Positions 27,273-36,323 of a stretch of DNA of 64,000 nucleotides are shown one piece after another. A program made the position numbers and the translations under genes. Below the pieces are notes generated by a model. It saw only the letters and a program-made list of their open reading frames with translations, was not told where the DNA came from and searched no databases. The number at the start of each line of letters is the position of its first letter. Position 1 is the first letter of the stretch. Origin of the DNA: a virus (taxonomy: Duplodnaviria; Heunggongvirae; Uroviricota; Caudoviricetes); IMG/VR virus record IMGVR_UViG_3300033489_000001, positions 126,023-190,022 of that record. One strand, written 5' to 3'.

Positions 27273-27310
27273 CATCTTTATAAATAAAGATATTTAGCGG
27301 ATTTTTCAAG
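27273..27310 (+). promoter_or_regulatory. M2 motif
   Basis: Same palindrome before ATG 27311. Confidence 0.45.
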
Positions 27311-27652
27311 ATGACTAAAGACGAAGAACTAACCGTACGCCTCCAACAAATAGTCAAACGTATTCCTGAGCTTCCCCCTGGAGCCCAAGCCTTCATTGAA
27401 AGGAACATTTTACCGGCCTTGGAAGCCATCTTAAACGATGACCTAGCTTTCCTTGCTATCGTAGCTTTGGGTGAAAACACTACAGTCCAAGATTGGTTCC
27501 ACCTTGATATTGAGGGGGTCTTATATGAAGCCTCTGGCCGCCTCCAAGCTCTCTCTAATGCCCTTACCACCTGCGCTATGCATGTAGCCTTGAAAGACGA
27601 ACAGGAGCCTTGTGACTGCCCTGAATGCTCTAAAAAAGAGGGCGCTAACTAG
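27311..27652 (+). CDS. hypothetical protein (paralog of 23336-23692)
   Basis: 113 aa. Confidence 0.55.
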   Translation: MTKDEELTVRLQQIVKRIPELPPGAQAFIERNILPALEAILNDDLAFLAIVALGENTTVQDWFHLDIEGVLYEASGRLQALSNALTTCAMHVALKDEQEPCDCPECSKKEGAN

Positions 27653-27694
27653 ATCCCCTTATGGACAAAGGAGTTTTATGCCAGAGGATGATTT

Positions 27695-28081
27695 ATGATT
27701 AATCTCTTTAGGAAGGTTTTGTCTCTTTTCAAGCTTCGCCGGGTTACGATTGAAGAGTCTTTGAGCAATCCGGTTAGGAAGCCTCTTGAGGAAGGCTTCA
27801 CTGATAAAGCTCCTAACTGGCTCATAGCCCTAGAAGCCCATAACTTCCTAGTCCGGCAAGGTTGGATAAAGGACCAAGACTACTATCTTCCGCATAAAGA
27901 CGCCAAAATCCGATACCCTTTAATCAAGGCTCTGGAAACCGAAAGCGAACGCCTAACCGACTTAATCACCACGCTCAAAGAAGCCCCTGCATCCTTCGAT
28001 CCTAAGGACCCTCTTTCTTTAGAAGGGATTTTGGATCAAATAAACAAGTCGGTTGCGTTTCAATTACGGAAGAGATCTTAG
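27695..28081 (+). CDS. KLGW-family protein (divergent)
   Basis: 128 aa; YPLIKALETESERL resembles YPLTLALEAESKLL of 23708. Confidence 0.5.
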   Translation: MINLFRKVLSLFKLRRVTIEESLSNPVRKPLEEGFTDKAPNWLIALEAHNFLVRQGWIKDQDYYLPHKDAKIRYPLIKALETESERLTDLITTLKEAPASFDPKDPLSLEGILDQINKSVAFQLRKRS

Positions 28082-28113
28082 GATCACTCCCTAGTCTTCT
28101 CTAAGGCAATTAC

Positions 28114-28410
28114 ATGAAGCGTTATGTTATTCGGCAAGTTTTACTTCGGAGTGATGGGTTTGTAGGGGAGATGGTTATTATTAGGGAAGGTATTTCTACC
28201 CTACTGGAGAGGTATTTAATGCCGTCCAGGGGCGGTTCTATAGGTGCGGGCGATTTTTATGGGTGGGAGACTGAGGTAGAGGCTATTAAGGCGTTGGAGA
28301 GCTTTCTAAAGGCTAATCCGAAGGATTTAAGAGGTACAACCAAGTTTTATCTCGTTGAGATTGATTTTAGCGATAAGGGGAGGATTGATCGGGAGGTGCG
28401 GGAGATATGA
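28114..28410 (+). CDS. hypothetical protein (MKxYIIxQV paralog family B)
   Basis: 98 aa; paralogs at 29842 and 30674. Confidence 0.55.
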   Translation: MKRYVIRQVLLRSDGFVGEMVIIREGISTLLERYLMPSRGGSIGAGDFYGWETEVEAIKALESFLKANPKDLRGTTKFYLVEIDFSDKGRIDREVREI

Positions 28411-28712
28411 GTGCGAAGCCTAAGATTTACAAGTGCAAGGTAACGATTGAGTACATGGCTCTAGCTACATGTGAGAAAGACGCAATAGAGCTTGCTGAGG
28501 AAGCCGTTCGGACGGACGGCGTACATGGGGGCGTAGTAGCCGAGCCTTACCGAGGGGTAATGGCGGATGGTTGGAGCCTACCTTGTTTACTTTACCACCC
28601 GGCTATAATCATTAGCGGGAAGGAGTACGCCAAGGAAGACGAGATAGAACTTGGGGCTGCTCTTGAATTGCTGAAGGTTTCCGCCACCGTTATAACCAAG
28701 GAACAAGCATGA
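28407..28712 (+). CDS. hypothetical protein
   Basis: 101 aa, ATGA overlap with upstream gene. Confidence 0.5.
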   Translation: MSAKPKIYKCKVTIEYMALATCEKDAIELAEEAVRTDGVHGGVVAEPYRGVMADGWSLPCLLYHPAIIISGKEYAKEDEIELGAALELLKVSATVITKEQA

Positions 28713-28844
28713 CGAACGGTGAGTCCCACTCAATAAGTAGGTGGGCTTACTTTGATTTTGATGAACCTCATTCTGTAAAAGAAGATGAGGCATCAGCGGT
28801 TAATTTGTCTCAAGAAGGATAAAAGTCAAGAGGGACCTTTTGGC

Positions 28845-28881
28845 TTGAACTTCTCTTTTCTTCGGTGTAATAATAGGAGTT
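28845..28881 (+). promoter_or_regulatory. M1 promoter motif (variant TTGAAC / TAATAAT)
   Basis: Abuts ATG 28882. Confidence 0.55.
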
Positions 28882-29160
28882 ATGCTAGAAAAAGAGATAA
28901 GAGTAGAGATAGAGGAAGTTCTAAAAAGTCTACTAATGTCGGGGTGGCATAGGAAATTATTATCTTACCTTTTGTTTTTTATCAACTTGAGAGAGTACGT
29001 TGAAGAGCGGCCCTTACTATCGGCCATTGTTCTTCATGAAGGGGGCTCTGAGCCAGGGGTTGGATTTTTCAAGCTTGCGGAATTTCTGGATTTAGACTGT
29101 TCAGATCGTGTTAAGTTCCATAGCGAAGAGATGAAGCGAGTGATGGCTTATTGGCAGTAA
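28882..29160 (+). CDS. hypothetical protein
   Basis: 92 aa; ATG abuts promoter motif. Confidence 0.55.
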   Translation: MLEKEIRVEIEEVLKSLLMSGWHRKLLSYLLFFINLREYVEERPLLSAIVLHEGGSEPGVGFFKLAEFLDLDCSDRVKFHSEEMKRVMAYWQ

Positions 29161-29191
29161 GCAACATATCTTGTGAAAATAGGTACTTTCG

Positions 29192-29599
29192 TTGAGGGCT
29201 TGTGAAATGACAAACAAAAAGCAAGAGAAGGCATTTCCGCTCAAAAAAGGGCGAACTAAAAAACTTGATGGATCAAGCATAGTTTCTGGACCTTTAACAA
29301 AGGAGGGAGCAACTTTTTTCGCCTCAGTGCGAAGAGGCTATGCTGCAAGTGCTTGTTTAACTCCAAGTAAAAACAGAGTCCGAGTTGGTCTCATATCTCC
29401 TGGTGGTGAAACTAACTTAGCGTTGAGTGCTGAACAAGCTTTAAAGTTTGGCCAACAAATCATTGATTTGGCTAAAACTATGCTTCCTCAAGGAAACACT
29501 CTCAACTCCTCTTACAATGAAACGAAGGGCCAACCGCAAAAATCGGCGGCTTTGGAATGGATCAATAGTATTGATCCAGGATTTTTAGGTAACCCATGA
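29192..29599 (+). CDS. hypothetical protein
   Basis: 135 aa. Confidence 0.45.
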   Translation: MRACEMTNKKQEKAFPLKKGRTKKLDGSSIVSGPLTKEGATFFASVRRGYAASACLTPSKNRVRVGLISPGGETNLALSAEQALKFGQQIIDLAKTMLPQGNTLNSSYNETKGQPQKSAALEWINSIDPGFLGNP

Positions 29600-29659
29600 A
29601 ATTTCAGCGTCAATTCAGGCTTTTTTCTTTGCTTACCGGAGCACGGTGTTCCAGCATAA

Positions 29660-29845
29660 ATGAGTAACGAAGCTAAGGAGCGCCTCTTTTATCATCCTGA
29701 GTCCGATTGCGCGATGTTTTATACGGACGAAGAGGTTCGTCAATCAAATGACCTTGATTTCATGCAACTGGTAGAGGTCATTGAAGGCGATCCTATATAC
29801 CCGCGTGTGTACCAGCTTGCAATTAAAGGCACGGTAGCGAAATGA
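29660..29845 (+). CDS. hypothetical protein
   Basis: 61 aa. Confidence 0.45.
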   Translation: MSNEAKERLFYHPESDCAMFYTDEEVRQSNDLDFMQLVEVIEGDPIYPRVYQLAIKGTVAK

Positions 29846-30099
29846 AATCCTTCATTATAAGACGGGTTGAGAAGGACGAAAAGGGGAGGGAAGGAGAGAG
29901 GTTTTTATCCCCTCTTGCAGACTATCGGGGGCAGCATCCTGACTTTCCTGGTTGGGTGACCGAAGCTGAAGCTCTTGAAGCGTTGAAGGTGTATTTACGA
30001 GCTTTGCCAGGCGGGGGTATTGATGAGAGGAAGCGTTATCGTTTCATTCTAGTTGCGGTGTACGTTACCCGGACGGATCGAGACGTAAGGGAGCTTTAG
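29842..30099 (+). CDS. hypothetical protein (family B paralog)
   Basis: 85 aa. Confidence 0.55.
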   Translation: MKSFIIRRVEKDEKGREGERFLSPLADYRGQHPDFPGWVTEAEALEALKVYLRALPGGGIDERKRYRFILVAVYVTRTDRDVREL

Positions 30100-30105
30100 G
30101 GGTCT

Positions 30106-30366
30106 ATGCCTACTGTGATTATAACGAAAGAGGAGTCGTTGAAGGTAGAGACGTGGGAGTTTACTTGCTACGATCACACTTTATGTCTTGACAGTTACAG
30201 GTGCGAAAGACGCAAGACTGCTAGGCATAAGTTTAGGCTTGCGTCTCGATATGATTCTAGTGACCGGCGTGGGTACGCTCAATCGTTAAGGGCTCCCTAC
30301 CTTCCTTTAGAGATTGCGGCTGAGGCCTTAGATAAGTTCCGGGGTTCCCTTTTTATTGGAGTTTGA
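30106..30366 (+). CDS. hypothetical protein
   Basis: 86 aa. Confidence 0.45.
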   Translation: MPTVIITKEESLKVETWEFTCYDHTLCLDSYRCERRKTARHKFRLASRYDSSDRRGYAQSLRAPYLPLEIAAEALDKFRGSLFIGV

Positions 30367-30677
30367 AAATGACCGAATGTTCAGATTGCACCTTGGATTG
30401 CGATATGCGTTCCGATCGAATTGGCAAGGGGGAGTTCAAGATTAGGGGCCAGCATAACGGAATCATAGATAAGGTCACTCCCACGGATCTGTACTATGAT
30501 CTGAATGTTGGAAGACCTCTTTCCTATGACCTTAGAGATCTTTCTGTTGCGGATAAAGAGAAAGCGGTTGTAGGGGCTAAATTCAGGATGTGTTTTGGTG
30601 TTTATGATAGTCCATCGGGCCAGCGTATGTTTGTAAATACGTTTAGGTTTCTACCAACAGACATTGGAAGCCCATGA
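30363..30677 (+). CDS. hypothetical protein
   Basis: 104 aa. Confidence 0.45.
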   Translation: MKMTECSDCTLDCDMRSDRIGKGEFKIRGQHNGIIDKVTPTDLYYDLNVGRPLSYDLRDLSVADKEKAVVGAKFRMCFGVYDSPSGQRMFVNTFRFLPTDIGSP

Positions 30678-30958
30678 AATCTTACATTATAAAGCAAGTT
30701 GAGCGAGAGGAAGAAGCGGCTAAAGTCCAAGAGGAGGGCCTCTTTACGAGAATACCCGCCATACCTCGTGGGGATCGATATTTCATACCGAACGAAACGT
30801 ATCATGAAGAGCATCCAGGTTCCTATGGATGGGAAACTCAAGAGGACGCTCTTGAGTTCTTTGAGAGGTATTTAAAGGAACTTGAGCTGTCAGGTGGGAG
30901 GGATAAGTTCCGATACTTTTTGGTAGAGGTTACCTGGGAGGATTTGAGGGAAGTTTGA
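30674..30958 (+). CDS. hypothetical protein (family B paralog)
   Basis: 94 aa. Confidence 0.55.
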   Translation: MKSYIIKQVEREEEAAKVQEEGLFTRIPAIPRGDRYFIPNETYHEEHPGSYGWETQEDALEFFERYLKELELSGGRDKFRYFLVEVTWEDLREV

Positions 30959-31155
30959 AGCTTTTAGTAAAAATAAACGGGAATAACCATACGCAAGTTA
31001 AGTTTGAGGCTTACTGCAAAGAGCTAGGTTATGATCTTTCCCACATAAGTTATGCTGAATTGGAGCAACTTATAGAGAAGTTTTGCAAAGCGGCTCCTGA
31101 CGGGTATGATGTAACGAGGTATCGTTTACTCGTTTTAGCTTGGGACCCTACGTGA
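30955..31155 (+). CDS. hypothetical protein (paralog of 19789-19989)
   Basis: 66 aa. Confidence 0.5.
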   Translation: MKLLVKINGNNHTQVKFEAYCKELGYDLSHISYAELEQLIEKFCKAAPDGYDVTRYRLLVLAWDPT

Positions 31156-31188
31156 GATGATTTTACAGACATAAATGGAGAACCTTTA

Positions 31189-31386
31189 ATGATACAAATT
31201 GAAATAGATAAAGGTCAATCGTATATCAAGTGTAACGGGGAGCTGGTTGGTTTCTTTTCCACTTTTATTGTAAGCGGGGACAAATGTTATGCCTTGGCAA
31301 ATGTGACTGTTGATAGTAAGGGATACCCTTGCATACCCGAAGCACTTAAAACGTTTGCCGCATTGTTGGAGAAAGAGGGGGTTTAG
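31189..31386 (+). CDS. hypothetical protein
   Basis: 65 aa. Confidence 0.45.
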   Translation: MIQIEIDKGQSYIKCNGELVGFFSTFIVSGDKCYALANVTVDSKGYPCIPEALKTFAALLEKEGV

Positions 31387-31561
31387 GTATACTATATGCT
31401 TCCTAGCGATTCAGTGACGCTCAAAGGAAAAGAAATCCCCAAAGAAACGATAATTGAAATATAAATTCAGGCGTTTTCTTTATTTCCATTGGTATTTTTT
31501 CATCCGGTGTATAAAGGCCGGTGTAGTATTTTCCACAAATTCAAGAGGAGATTAGAATCAG

Positions 31562-32449
31562 ATGAAGATGAGATTTTTTTCTATAGTAGCGGTACTTAGT
31601 TTCTTAGGATTACTGGGGTGTGCTCAAGACGTACCGCAAGCGCACAAGGGCCAGATGTTTGGCAAGACTGGGCCACTCTGTCTTTGGCAAGGGACGGTTG
31701 GTCTCAACGGGCCGGTAGTTGAACCGGGGACGCACTTTACGGGTTACTATGACGAGATCAAACTTTTAGAGTGTGGTGAGAAGACAATAAAGGAGCCTTT
31801 GACGGCTTTGACCAAGGACAACGTTCAGTTTTCCTTGGATGTCTACATTCGCTATAATCCCAATTGTACTGACCTTGCGGCCGTGCAGTTTTTACTAGCG
31901 AGGATAGCGCCTAAGGATGAGGGCAGCCGAACGATAACGGCCATACAGGTATACGAGACTTACGTACGCCCAGTCATAGGCGAAGCGGTACGTGAGGCGG
32001 TACAGCCAATTATAGCCAACGACATAAATGACAAGCGGGACGCTATATTTGCTTCAATTCGAAAGAAGTTCAGTGACGCTCTTAATCAGCATAAGCCCCT
32101 ACTTGTTATCACGTCGATCAACCTTTCTAATCTCAACCCTCCATCCGGGGTTTTGACGGCTAACACGAACCGAGCCTTGCAAGCGATTTACAAAGATACA
32201 GCCATAGCGGAACGGGAAGCGGTAAACGCTCAATTTGACACTGCGGTAATACGTAACAAGTTAGCGGAGCAAGAAGGTAAGAATGAGGCCATCCGGATTG
32301 ACAAGATAGGATCGGCGCTTCAACGCAATCCTGAGTATTTGCAGTACGATTTACAGCAAAGGATGCAGGGGATTTACAAGACGGCCGGGGAAAAGGGCAA
32401 TATGATTATTGCGGCTCCGAGCCCTCAGGTTATCATAAACCGCAAGTAG
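31562..32449 (+). CDS. SPFH/band-7 domain lipoprotein
   Basis: 295 aa; signal peptide with LLGC lipobox; VVEPGTHF and TKDNVQFSLDVYIRY resemble SPFH core. Confidence 0.6.
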   Translation: MKMRFFSIVAVLSFLGLLGCAQDVPQAHKGQMFGKTGPLCLWQGTVGLNGPVVEPGTHFTGYYDEIKLLECGEKTIKEPLTALTKDNVQFSLDVYIRYNPNCTDLAAVQFLLARIAPKDEGSRTITAIQVYETYVRPVIGEAVREAVQPIIANDINDKRDAIFASIRKKFSDALNQHKPLLVITSINLSNLNPPSGVLTANTNRALQAIYKDTAIAEREAVNAQFDTAVIRNKLAEQEGKNEAIRIDKIGSALQRNPEYLQYDLQQRMQGIYKTAGEKGNMIIAAPSPQVIINRK

Positions 32450-32478
32450 GTTTTCAAAACTAATACTTAGGAGGGATT

Positions 32479-33090
32479 GTGAAATCATTCGAGGTTTCGA
32501 GATTTTTAAAACTATCTACCGCTTGCCTACTTGTTTTCGTGTTCTGTAGTGGTGAAAGTGGCTGCGATGATACTTCTGAAATCAAGAAAGCGAACAGTGC
32601 TAAGATAGAGCAGGTTAATAACTTGCTCGTAAAGCAACCAGCAACAACAGTAAAATTCTCCATGGATCGTTATATACTGAACGAGAGAAATGTCAGGTTC
32701 AACGATCCAAACAAGATGTGCTACCTTTACGTCGTTATGAGTGATGGGACTTGGTTGAAGGTTACTATTGTAGGTAAGGTAACAAGCACAAGTAAGAGGT
32801 TAAGCTCACCTACTATGGAATACTCAGTGTATGGGAACAACAATCCCCTTGGTCCAGCACCAGATGATATGGGAGTGTTTGGTGAGTCTGTCGGTGCGCA
32901 TGTTGGACTAACAACGATTGGCAGTATGATTGAATTCGGAGGTTTTATTTCTTACATCTATTCCGAAGTACCCCTTCCTTTTACTGGTCTTGCTAAACAG
33001 ATAGTCGAGATCAAAGTTGAGGCAAGTCAGGAAGAAAGAACAGAAATGATGCGCAAACTCGAGGATCTAAAAAAGAGGGCGAAACAATGA
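32479..33090 (+). CDS. secreted protein or lipoprotein
   Basis: 203 aa; N-terminal signal peptide with Cys at mature N-terminus. Confidence 0.55.
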   Translation: MKSFEVSRFLKLSTACLLVFVFCSGESGCDDTSEIKKANSAKIEQVNNLLVKQPATTVKFSMDRYILNERNVRFNDPNKMCYLYVVMSDGTWLKVTIVGKVTSTSKRLSSPTMEYSVYGNNNPLGPAPDDMGVFGESVGAHVGLTTIGSMIEFGGFISYIYSEVPLPFTGLAKQIVEIKVEASQEERTEMMRKLEDLKKRAKQ

Positions 33091-33476
33091 AAACTTTAGG
33101 CTTAGCCTTCGCTGTTATTTTGGGCATCATAGCTCTTGTTGCACTCGGCTTGGTGTGCAGAAGTTATGACACAGCCAATAAGATGGCTGACAGGACAGTC
33201 TTCAACGCTGACCAGCATGTTTGGAGCTATGAGGAATTCTACAAAAAGTATAACGCTTACGTTGTGTATCAAAAACAAGTTGCTGACGCGGAGGCTAGTA
33301 TAAAAGAATATGATTCTAAGGGAATTACTGGAAGTGCCGAGAGAGATAATCTGGTAATGACCCGTGAGGGCTCAAAGCAGATGATGAACCGAATCGCTAT
33401 GGATTATAACGCCATGTCCCAAATCGCCTATCAGAAGATTTGGAAGGGAAAAGGGCTTCCTGAGAAGTTGGAATAG
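33087..33476 (+). CDS. membrane-anchored hypothetical protein
   Basis: 129 aa; N-terminal TM helix. Confidence 0.5.
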   Translation: MKTLGLAFAVILGIIALVALGLVCRSYDTANKMADRTVFNADQHVWSYEEFYKKYNAYVVYQKQVADAEASIKEYDSKGITGSAERDNLVMTREGSKQMMNRIAMDYNAMSQIAYQKIWKGKGLPEKLE

Positions 33477-33487
33477 GGGACAATAGT

Positions 33488-33832
33488 TTGGAAGCTCAAA
33501 AAGTGACTAAAGAGACAACTGCGATTATGACCGGGATAGACCCTGTTGAGGCGGTACGCCTCAGGTATGCCATTCCAGCGATGGAAAAGACAAAGCAAGA
33601 ATGGGCAATAACACTTAGATTCGCAGTGTGGTGCCTTAGCCTTGTACTTATTCCATTACTTACGTTGGTTATTATTCCGGTTATTACAAAGATACAAACA
33701 GCGGAAAAAATTGCCATAACAATGATCTGGGCGTTAGCTGGGATTTGGATTGCACATGATCTCTTTGATATTGTAAAACTGTTGTTAGATCGCATCTGCC
33801 CACAAAAGAAATCAATTACCAATGATTTATAA
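33488..33832 (+). CDS. multi-pass membrane protein
   Basis: 114 aa. Confidence 0.45.
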   Translation: MEAQKVTKETTAIMTGIDPVEAVRLRYAIPAMEKTKQEWAITLRFAVWCLSLVLIPLLTLVIIPVITKIQTAEKIAITMIWALAGIWIAHDLFDIVKLLLDRICPQKKSITNDL

Positions 33833-34136
33833 AGCGTATTTAGTTCAAGAAGGCGGCGGTTGTGACTATACAATTGGTTGTGGAGTTAGGGTAATGGATT
33901 TAAAGGTGACTACGCTTGAGCAAGCCGTCACTGAGCTAGAGGGAATTGTGAAAGACTTCACTGCCGAGAGTAGTTTACAGTCCGCTGAGGTTTTTGCAAT
34001 TGAGGAAGTAGTGGCGGTAGACACTAAACGTATTTATGCAGATCTCGCACGTGAGCGTCAAAGGAAGATTGAAATAAGACAGGAAGCCTCAGACCGATTG
34101 GAGTATGCCAGGCTCAAGGCGAAGTTTGGGGGTTAG
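33822..34136 (+). CDS. hypothetical protein
   Basis: 104 aa. Confidence 0.45.
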   Translation: MIYKAYLVQEGGGCDYTIGCGVRVMDLKVTTLEQAVTELEGIVKDFTAESSLQSAEVFAIEEVVAVDTKRIYADLARERQRKIEIRQEASDRLEYARLKAKFGG

Positions 34137-34144
34137 GAGGGTTA

Positions 34145-34339
34145 TTGATGTATTGTTCAGAAGATGTCGAGTGTGCAAGGAGAAATGAATGTGAACACGA
34201 AGAGATGAAACGGCGGGAGGAACTTAAATATAGTCCGACTTACGATAACGCTGGGCCATTTACAATTATTTGGGGTATTGTTGTTACAGTATCCATAGTT
34301 ATAATCGCTATTGGTATGATTTATGATTTCTTAAAATAG
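34145..34339 (+). CDS. small C-terminally anchored membrane protein
   Basis: 64 aa. Confidence 0.4.
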   Translation: MMYCSEDVECARRNECEHEEMKRREELKYSPTYDNAGPFTIIWGIVVTVSIVIIAIGMIYDFLK

Positions 34340-34385
34340 ATAGGTTTGATAGATCTTTTCACTTTTTAACATCCACAGAGGTTCC

Positions 34386-34691
34386 TTGAAAAGAATGATA
34401 ACAATATCTGATGAGCTTTTTGCTTGTCCCGCTCCGGAAGCTGCGGTTGATTTAGTGATTAATCAACTAAGGGGGTCATTGCCCACCCCTATTGATGACG
34501 ATGTAAAAGGAGTTATAAAAAAGAGTTTTCTATTAGGGGTAGCATACGAAAAAAATAAGAAAACGGACAAAGGTTATATAGAGGGGTTAGAGCTTCAAGT
34601 AAGCAAAAGCGATCCAGACCATGAAGTTCACATAGCTCCGGGCCGGTGTTATAGCGATGATGATGAGACAATACTAGAGAGCGAGACTTAG
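34386..34691 (+). CDS. hypothetical protein
   Basis: 101 aa. Confidence 0.4.
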   Translation: MKRMITISDELFACPAPEAAVDLVINQLRGSLPTPIDDDVKGVIKKSFLLGVAYEKNKKTDKGYIEGLELQVSKSDPDHEVHIAPGRCYSDDDETILESET

Positions 34692-34706
34692 CTTACGGTC
34701 ACTCTT

Positions 34707-34907
34707 ATGAAAAAAGGGGAGAATGGTCTTGATAAGGGGGCTGTATCTCACAATACGTGGTACAATGTTTGGTTTGTCTACAATCCGATTGACAGGCTCT
34801 ATGCTGGTTTACTGAGCCTTAGCCCTTATACCCCTGAGCTTCCTCCAGGTTATACCAAGAAGAGGCGGCTTGGGCACTTCTATCCGCCGAAAAAGCGGGA
34901 GGCATAA
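34707..34907 (+). CDS. hypothetical protein
   Basis: 66 aa. Confidence 0.35.
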   Translation: MKKGENGLDKGAVSHNTWYNVWFVYNPIDRLYAGLLSLSPYTPELPPGYTKKRRLGHFYPPKKREA

Positions 34908-34912
34908 TTTAT

Positions 34913-35143
34913 ATGTCGACTCCTTATCAACTTGAATTGATGAGGCACGCCCTTGGGATGGCTTCAAAGCATCCGGGGTATCGTAATTACTTTGACGCCG
35001 AACCGGGTGGCGAAGACAATAGGCAATGGGCCTTGTTGGTAAAGGAGGGTTTAGCAGTTGTTACTCGTGAACCTTCCGACCTTTTCCCAGGCAGGATTTA
35101 TGCGGTAAGCGATGCAGGTAAGAAAACTTTATTTCCACAATAG
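34913..35143 (+). CDS. hypothetical protein
   Basis: 76 aa. Confidence 0.4.
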   Translation: MSTPYQLELMRHALGMASKHPGYRNYFDAEPGGEDNRQWALLVKEGLAVVTREPSDLFPGRIYAVSDAGKKTLFPQ

Positions 35144-35153
35144 AGGGCTCTAC

Positions 35154-35351
35154 TTAAGGAGTTTCGTATCCTACAATTCCTTTGCAGTTTTCGCAGATAA
35201 GGGCGCAATAGGTCTGCGGTTTTCGAAGCCAGAATGTCCTTTTGGATCTTTGTACAATGCCCCGTAAAAAAGGTTTGAAGGGGGCCTTACATTTTGGGCA
35301 GTTTTTTAACGGCACCGGAGCGTTTAGCAGTTGTTGGTACTCAATTGGCAT
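35154..35351 (-). CDS. Zn-ribbon small protein
   Basis: 65 aa; CPKC...CENC. Confidence 0.4.
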   Translation of the reverse strand: MPIEYQQLLNAPVPLKNCPKCKAPFKPFLRGIVQRSKRTFWLRKPQTYCALICENCKGIVGYETP

Positions 35352-35362
35352 TGCTCATTTCA

Positions 35363-35761
35363 CTATGGTCTTAGGTCGTTCTTTACTTTTTCAATTATAG
35401 GTAAAGCTTCTTGCCAAGCTAGGGCCAAATCGAGACACATTTTACTTGCTCGTGGTGGTAGGTCATTAATCATCCCTTTGGGGAGCTTATTGAGATACTG
35501 TTCATGTGCAACTTTTTCCGCTATAATTAATCTTGCGTTTTCTTTGGTCAGCTTTTCAACCTGGCTTTTGGATGCTTTCAGCTCTGCGGTTAGTTTTACT
35601 ATTTGGGCTTGTTGGGCTTTTTGCAGTGTCATTGCTTCATTGTGGGCATCGTAAGATCCAATAGTGTAAAGTCCAAAGCAAAATCCACATGCTAGAATAG
35701 CAAAAACCAGCTTATAGCTTGTAGAAGTTTCCATTGCACTTCCTTTGGCTTGATCTTTCAA
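35363..35761 (-). CDS. membrane-anchored coiled-coil protein
   Basis: 132 aa. Confidence 0.5.
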   Translation of the reverse strand: MKDQAKGSAMETSTSYKLVFAILACGFCFGLYTIGSYDAHNEAMTLQKAQQAQIVKLTAELKASKSQVEKLTKENARLIIAEKVAHEQYLNKLPKGMINDLPPRASKMCLDLALAWQEALPIIEKVKNDLRP

Positions 35762-35846
35762 TTTTTTGCACGATAGTTTTAGCCCAAAGGCGGCTTCCCA
35801 GCTTGTAAAAAAGCGATGTAACTTTACACCGATTTGAGCTTAGAGT

Positions 35847-36293
35847 ATGGAAAAGTTGAAACTCAATCCCTTAATAATTGAGGCCAAAGAGATTTTAGTC
35901 CGGCTTGGATGGGAAAAGGCCGGAGATTACTACCTCTTGGGAGGTAATCCAAGAACTCATTATCCCTTATTGGCAGCCCTAGAAGCCGAGAAAGAACGTT
36001 TGGCTGACCTGATTCGAGGGATAAAAGGCGGAGCCAACCAAGAGGCAGCTAGTGCGGCTGATGAGCAATGTCGTAAGGATCTTGAGCAAAAGATAGCCCT
36101 AATTGAGATGGAAAGAAACCATCCTCTTCATAGGTTGCAAAGACAATTTGAAACCGCATTGAGGGCATTAGCGAAGAGGTTTAAAGGTTTGCCCCCGACT
36201 TTGCTGCCCTTAGAAAAAGATCTTCCTTTTGATGAGAACAACCCTACGAGAATATCTGATATACCTATTCCTAAGGAGGCCAGAAAAGGCTGA
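35847..36293 (+). CDS. KLGW-family protein
   Basis: 148 aa; LVRLGWEKAGDYYLLGG...LAALEAEKERL. Confidence 0.55.
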   Translation: MEKLKLNPLIIEAKEILVRLGWEKAGDYYLLGGNPRTHYPLLAALEAEKERLADLIRGIKGGANQEAASAADEQCRKDLEQKIALIEMERNHPLHRLQRQFETALRALAKRFKGLPPTLLPLEKDLPFDENNPTRISDIPIPKEARKG

Positions 36294-36323
36294 CCCAAGC
36301 TTTATTGAAGAAAGATCAAAAGA

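Noticed and set aside
33087-33476. LemA-family assignment for the membrane-anchored protein
   Set aside because: Only the N-terminal TM helix fits. The remaining similarity to LemA was too weak to claim.
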